Shown piece after piece: positions 63,487 through 64,000 of a stretch of 64,000 bases of DNA. The notes below the pieces were generated by a model that was given only the letters and a program-made list of their open reading frames with translations, ran no database searches and had not been told where the DNA came from. The number at the start of each line of letters is the position of its first letter. Position 1 is the stretch's first letter. Source of the stretch: an uncultured Actinomycetes bacterium (GTDB taxonomy: Bacteria; Actinomycetota; UBA4738; JACQTL01); NCBI GenBank assembly GCA_963707645.1, contig CAVPQW010000005.1:299309-363308 (forward strand), written 5' to 3'. The position numbers and the translations under genes were made by a program.

Positions 63487-64000
63487 ATGCGTGGGACGGG
63501 TCGCGCGGGGGATGGATCGCGGGGCCGCACCGGCCGGCGACGCGGAGCCAGGATCACGGCCAGGGCCCTCGTCCTGATGCTCCTCGCGGGAGGGCTCCCG
63601 GCGTTGCTCCCGACGACCGCCGGGGCCGCGGCGTGCGGCGTCCCGACGTCGGCCACGGTCCGGGGCAAGCTCGTCAACTACGACCAGTGCTACGACAGCT
63701 CGTTCATGCGGAGCGGGACGACGTACGAGGTCCACGTCTACTACACCGAGCAGAACACCATGGCCAACCAGGCCCAGTGCACGATGGCCGAGGGGGCCGC
63801 CCGGTGCGAGCACGCGATCGCCGACGTCGACGACGGCAGCGGCGACAACCTCGTCGCGATCGCCATCGCCACGGAGGCCGCCGGCGCGCTGAGCTTCTAC
63901 CTGGACCGGAACCTCAGTCCGATCGGCGCCGGCACCGAGCTGAACATCTACGTCGGCGAGGACCCCCGGGGCGGCGGCGTGATCTACCCCAACAGCCTGT
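63487..64000 (+). CDS. secreted hypothetical protein, 3' end beyond window
   Basis: ATG 63487 follows GGGGAGGAGG. My translation reads [72 protein letters not shown]... and stays open to the window end. Not in the ORF track because there is no stop. Confidence 0.6.
   Translation, partial: MRGTGRAGDGSRGRTGRRRGARITARALVLMLLAGGLPALLPTTAGAAACGVPTSATVRGKLVNYDQCYDSSFMRSGTTYEVHVYYTEQNTMANQAQCTMAEGAARCEHAIADVDDGSGDNLVAIAIATEAAGALSFYLDRNLSPIGAGTELNIYVGEDPRGGGVIYPNSL

Overview
Very GC-rich (roughly 70% by eye) 64-kb chromosomal window with Actinobacteria-type housekeeping synteny: pth-rplY, mfd-mazG, and eno-ftsB-DUF501/ppx. I call about 55 protein genes and one tRNA-Leu(UAA). I see no rRNA, CRISPR array, transposase, integrase or recognisable defence genes. 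Positions 14.4-35.5 kb hold an ABC-transporter-dependent (Wzm/Wzt) glycan cluster. It contains a CapD/PglF-like dehydratase, a DegT aminotransferase, three SDR epimerases, a nucleotide-sugar dehydrogenase, four glycosyltransferases, a sulfotransferase and two alkaline-phosphatase-superfamily enzymes. Three class III nucleotide cyclase genes are also present. About half of the genes are frame-disrupted as assembled, including essential ones (mfd, pth), which points to indel errors rather than decay. The most unusual signal is a roughly 200-nt non-coding element that I do not recognise. It occurs three times (14086-14288 +, 25278-25480 inverted, 32536-32736 +), always in intergenic gaps of the glycan cluster. 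Each copy carries four 16-bp imperfect palindromes (consensus GTCGnCGATCGnCGAC) with conserved 27/96/27-29 bp spacing around a near-invariant central block. The inverted copy is fused to an orphan XRE/HipB-like HTH gene and to a diverged duplicate of the wzt 3' end. The other two copies look like truncated versions of the same module. It could be an operator array for the XRE protein, a structured RNA, or a decayed mobile module. All coordinates of frame-disrupted genes and all start codons are hand-derived and approximate.
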